Shown in pieces: positions 58,793 to 64,000 of a stretch of DNA of 64,000 nucleotides. The DNA comes from Botryllus schlosseri (Eukaryota). Location: assembly GCA_051294905.1 (NCBI GenBank), contig CM119371.1:7690001-7754000 (forward strand), given 5' to 3'. The position numbers and the translations under genes are program-made. The notes under the pieces were generated by a model. The model did no database searches, was not told the origin of the DNA, and saw only the letters and a list, made by a program, of their open reading frames with translations. Numbering within the stretch: position 1 is the stretch's first letter; each line of letters opens with the position of its first letter.

Positions 58793-60097
58793 TCGGCATT
58801 GTTCAAACAATCGGTGAGTCGCAACGGGTCATTGTTATGGTCATTGTGTTGCGGTTACCCGATTGTTCTGAACAATGCCGATATTTCAGACTTGGAGGAC
58901 AGATTCTAGGTGGATCAGTGCCTGTTCATTATTTTAATTTATATTTTCGGAATCGGTGCAACAGTAGCTTTCGATCAAGACCAAATTCAGTAATTTCTGC
59001 GCGCGGGAAGATAGCTTTTGGATTGCCAGAAATCCTACAGTCGCTTACGCAAAACAATTCTCCACTCCAGCCTCGGCGAAGCGGAACGAAGCTGCAAAAT
59101 CGGTCGTTGCCGTTCCATGTTTAATTTCTATACCTCTACCAAATGTTTTGAGAGTGAGCTGTCACGTTTCCTGTCTTAATATCCAAGAGGTTTCAGGCTG
59201 CAGATTTAAATATGTCAATGCAGGGATTTCCAAACTGTGGTAGGCCTACGGTACAGCAGATCATCGCAAGTGACACGAGAGTAACTTATTCAGCGAACCA
59301 ATATTATTCTGAATTGAAGAAATGATATACATTGATCAAGATTTCTAATTTTGTTTGTATCCATATAATGCTGGTCCTACGCAAACTAAATTGCACCAGT
59401 GATGTAGTGAAGCTTCATTTCCCCCAGAAAATTGTCAATGCAGTAATAAATCTAACGGCACGAACAATCAAGTAGCGTATGTCTGGGGTTGCATTTAAAA
59501 CAAATGGTGTTTGGAAACTCTTTGTTTAAAACATGTTTTAAACAATATTTTAAACATATGCCTTTTTTAAAAAACAAAATTGTGTTTTTTTCAAAACGTT
59601 GTATAATTAAGGCATAGTTGTGTAAATATTGTCGAGAAAGACGTAGTACGCGCCTATAAAGACGATTTGCACCCAAGTCGACGGAGTGGTTGCACGGAAA
59701 TCGTCGCTGTTTCAACAGTTATAGCAAGTAATAGATATCAATTTTTGGTACGGAATGGGTATTCTGATGATGATGACCGCCGACCGTAAAATGCCGATGT
59801 ATTCCCGGTTAAAGATATGTTTGGTCTGATTATGACAGTGGTCGGAAGCCATTTTCATCGAAGGAGCCGATTTTACCCTATATTTTCAATTGTTGTTGTT
59901 AATCCATTATGACGTCACAATTAAAGATTCGTAACGTAATGGCTAGAAAGAAAAAACAAAAACAATAAAAAACATGTTTTATACACGGGCCTTGTTTTAA
60001 ATTGATTTTTGTTTTAAATGCAGCCCTACCTATGTCAGATTGCTCGCGGCACAACTACGGTTGAAATTAATCAGACGGGCAGCGATGTCCACTCGTC

Positions 60098-62729
60098 CAG
60101 TGCTCTTCAACCGGGGTTGTCGTACACCCTAGGGTGTACCAGAAATTGCAAAGGGTGTACCGCTCGGATGGGGTGTACAGGGGTGTACCGGATCCGAATT
60201 ACAATGAGCCGATGGCTAGCTATCACAAAGGCAGGTTTATGGGCCAGTACAGGTTGACGCACATGTTAATGAGCAATATGGTACGATGTTATCTCAAGTG
60301 TAATAATTAGGTCCATTTAAAGTCATTAAAGTAATATTTTTTTCTATACATCAGTAAGTCGTGAAATCAATTTCAACGCAAAAACCACATCCCTATGAGG
60401 TAGGTTAAGAAAGTTATAAAGTCATATAAAGTCATATTTCGTCAACCCACATCAGTGCCTGCGGAGCGCTTATTTTCCTTACTTAAGTTATTTTTACGTC
60501 CAAATCGTAACTACATAGACTCTAACATTCCACACTACATGAAACTGTACTACAACAGTGGTTTAAAATATATAAATTGATATGTAGTACTTTTATGTTG
60601 CGCATGTTTTACTCTTTAGTTCCGTGAGCGACGTTGTTCGCATGTAAAAATACACGATTCTCATATAAAGTCATATAGAGTCATATTTTCCAAAAAATAA
60701 AGTCATATTATTGATTTTTTAAGGTCATATAAAAATGGCCCTAGGTACACCGCTTGATTGTGATGTCATAAGCAAATATTTCTCCTAGTCATTTAGCCGT
60801 CGGCAATAGACCAATGGTTCCGTTTGGTGTTGGAAAGTATATGCAGTTAACAAACATGTGTTCAGCTACTCATTTGTCTTTTAGTGATTTTTGAGGGAAC
60901 CGCCACGATAGCTCAGACTTCTTGAATCGGTACTTCCTACCCGACGTTAATAAATACCGCAATGCAGTGCTGGGATCTAGTCACTACCTTGGAGTCACGA
61001 GTCATTTCGAGTCATTGCAGATTTTGACTCGAGTCAAGTCAAGTCAATCGATTTTCGATGGTGACTCGAGTCAAGTCAAGTCACTCGATTTTTGGTGGTG
61101 ACTCGAGTCAAGTCGAGTCAAGTCAAGTCACGAGTCAAGTCACAATTCAAGTCAAGTTGCCTTTTCGACGTATGAGACATGCTTACATCATTGCATTTTG
61201 CTAGCTCTCTGAAATACATATTGCGTGGTTATTTATTCCGAACCGATGAACGAATATAGAGTCAAATATACAAGCAAGAAGGCGCTGTATCACTCACATA
61301 TACCTAGAAATGCTAAACTACGTAAGTAATTACATAGCCTCAGTTTAGTTACCAGCCAAAATAGAGACTACAGAGAAGCGAATTAATAAGATGCAATGCA
61401 TTACCCATTAACAAATTGATATGACCATATTTGAGCGTGCGCCAATGGTTAAGGACTATATAAACTATATTCGAATTCAATTTTCATAAAACAAGAGGTT
61501 TGGTTAATGTATAAGAACAGAGATCAGAAATATCCATTTTGCGTAAGCTGTATGCTTCGATCACTTCATTTGTGGTCAACTTATTTGTGAGAGAACAATG
61601 GAGCTTCAGTAAAACGCACGATCATTAAATGATTGGTCGCTTTCACGGGTTACACCAGCGTTCCGCGAACAATTCGACCATATGCAGGATAGAGTGATTT
61701 CATCGACATCGATTGCTTGATGACTTGAAATTGATTCGTGAATTTTGCTCCGAGTCACGAGTCAATCCGCATTTCTGATACGCTGAGTCAAGTCAAGTCA
61801 TTTTAGCAAAGTGACTCGAGTCAAGTCAAGTCATACGAAAAACGTGACTCGAGTCTGACTCGAGCCAAGTCATGACTCGAGTCATCCCAACACTGCCGCA
61901 ATGCACATAAATGAAGTGACGTAGCCAGCCAGGGTCGAAACAGCTTCCATGTTGAAATCGAAACCCTTTTGTTTTAAAATGCCGATTTTATGTCCAATAT
62001 TTCGCCATACATTTGCAATTTAGTATTTTGTTATTAGTGATGCAAATTAGCAACAATTGACTGTGTATAGCGGCATACGATCTGAGGTTACTGACATCTC
62101 TTGCAGCTCAAGTGCTACTATCGACTGTGTGTGGTGTGGGGCAGGCCTGATACGCAGTAGGCTGGTGCGCCTGCTATCATCGCTGATCTGAATTACCGCT
62201 TCTGCAGCAGTAACTTTACCTACTCTCTCCCCAATACTGTTACATTTAGGTTGATTCGTTCGTAATGCCATGCTGTTTTTGGGCTGACACGAAATAAATT
62301 CCAATTTGCGTGGTGGGCGGCTTAACTGGCGGCAAATAGACTCTGTGACCAAATACTATTTTATTCAAATCCAAATTTTTTGACGGCAATAACTCCGCTT
62401 CTACTGGTTGGAATTGAACCAAATTTGAAGAACATCGTTTTTATAGACAACCTTCTAATACTTTCATGGGTGAACAGAAAAATTTCAAATTTTTCGTTAT
62501 TTTATATAATAAATAGAAACTTTTTTCTCCCGTAGAAATGCGGCTACTGGTTGGAATTGAACCAAATTTGGTGTGTAGGCTTAAGTTAGGTAACCTAACA
62601 ATTTTATCAAGTAGCCAGTACGATTTGAGAAAAAAGGTCATTTTTGAAGACCCCTAATGAACAGGGGTGTACGAGTTTTAAGCAAACGGTAAAAGGGTGT
62701 ACCACGTCCAAAAAGGTTGAAGAGCACTG
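60098..62729. mobile_element. hAT-type element with nested MITE
   Basis: TIR CAGTGCTCTTCAACC / GGTTGAAGAGCACTG; TSD CACTCGTC/CACTAGTG. Confidence 0.8.
60965..61895. mobile_element. Uninterrupted GAGTCAAGTC-rich MITE (931 bp)
   Basis: CAGTGCTGGGAT / ATCCCAACACTG; perfect TSD CCGCAATG. Confidence 0.92.
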
Positions 62730-63064
62730 CACTAGTGCATGCGCGGGACCAGCACAGATTCATATATTCCCAAAAGCTTGCAAAGCTAATGCAAAACAAC
62801 TGCAAGGACTTTTGTGAAAAAATATATCAGATCCTAGAAAAAAAGTTCTGGACATCGTGCGATTTGCTTATCGGGATTGTCTTGTTACAATTCCAAAACA
62901 TTCCACTCCAGATCAGCGTACAGAATTTTGCTTTTGCAACAAATCGTTTGTCCCAAACTGATCTCCGCACTATTTACTTGTGATCAAGATCGAATAGTGG
63001 CCTTCAGCACTTTCAAGCAAGTAGCCTTTGTTGGGGTCGATATAACGAGGTGGTACATGAGCTC

Positions 63065-63480
63065 TAGTGCGGAGCGGATCGACAAATTCTCTGGTCCGGC
63101 TCCGATCCGGTTTGTCAATTCTCTGGTCCGGCTCCGGCCGTATCAGGAAAAAGTATTGATCCGGCTCCGATCCGGCTCCGGTCAAAAATAAAAAAATCCT
63201 GCTGGAAATTAGGCCCAACACGGTACGGTGGCTCCGTGAATTTAAAAATGTGGCTCGTTTCTTTTCGCACTGGCTTGGCGGTTACCTGCGAGTTGTTCGT
63301 TAGTAGTTATTTAGTTACAAACGTCATGCTTATCCATAAAGATTCTGGCCCTATCAAAAAAGTACCGATCCGGCTCCGGCCGTATCAGAAGAAGTACTGA
63401 TCCGGCTCCAATCCGGTCCGGCTGAAATTGAAAAAATCCGGCCGGATATCCAATCCGACTCTGGTCTATGCTCCGCACTA
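63065..63480. mobile_element. MITE (ATCCGG-rich family)
   Basis: TIR TAGTGCGGAGC / GCTCCGCACTA; TSD ATGAGCTC/ATGAGCCC. Confidence 0.85.
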
Positions 63481-64000
63481 ATGAGCCCGGTAAAATGCTC
63501 GAAATGGCATGCACAAAGAAAAAGTTTGGGAAGCACTAGATTAATGCACATCCGCTGATCCGCTATCGTAATCATAAAATCCTATTCCGCAGATCAAGAT
63601 TCCATTTAAACGCATAAGTATATGCTATAGGATATTACCTGGGGACCTCCATGTCAAACTTTGATCTGCGTATGGCCGAATGACGCCTTGAAATCTGAGA
63701 TTCAATTCCCGAAATCCCCTTTCGGTAGGTGGCGCGTGCATTCTTGCCTTTCACTGTCTTTCAGAAGTTTTTGGACATCGCCGTGCCATCCTTCAAACTT
63801 TTTGGTTCTTGAGATTTCAAGTTATGTTATCTCCCTTATATTCCAAATAGGCATATCAAATTTGGAATCCTTTCTCTGTGCACTACCATTGCACAATCGT
63901 GTATCCTGATGCCATTCGCAAATTGCTATGGAATGGAATTGAATGACATTGTTGCCGGGGTTACGTCGTTGTGATGCAACTCTGGTAACAAAGATTCAAT

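Overview
AT-rich, intron-containing animal DNA, probably from an invertebrate chordate such as an ascidian (inferred from gene family and repeat content, not verified). It holds a tandem intelectin (fibrinogen-like domain lectin) cluster: two complete 5-exon minus-strand genes (A 3420-12575, 309 aa; B 30363-41420, 313 aa) with identical intron phases, and an orphan exon 2 of a third paralog on the + strand (1770-1870). Between A and B lies a young Penelope-like retroelement (RT C-terminus plus GIY-YIG) with a 1072-bp inverted duplication and four minimal hammerhead ribozyme motifs. Upstream of B is a ~6-kb tandem segmental duplication containing a ~4-kb unexplained cargo (including a coiled-coil/TM ORF) bracketed by Penelope-type 3' ends in inverted orientation. 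The remainder is dense with nested hAT-type MITEs with 8-bp TSDs, two transposase relics, a foldback element and tRNA-derived SINEs. Both complete genes carry a decayed second promoter and first exon inside intron 1. All calls are from manual reading; no searches were run.
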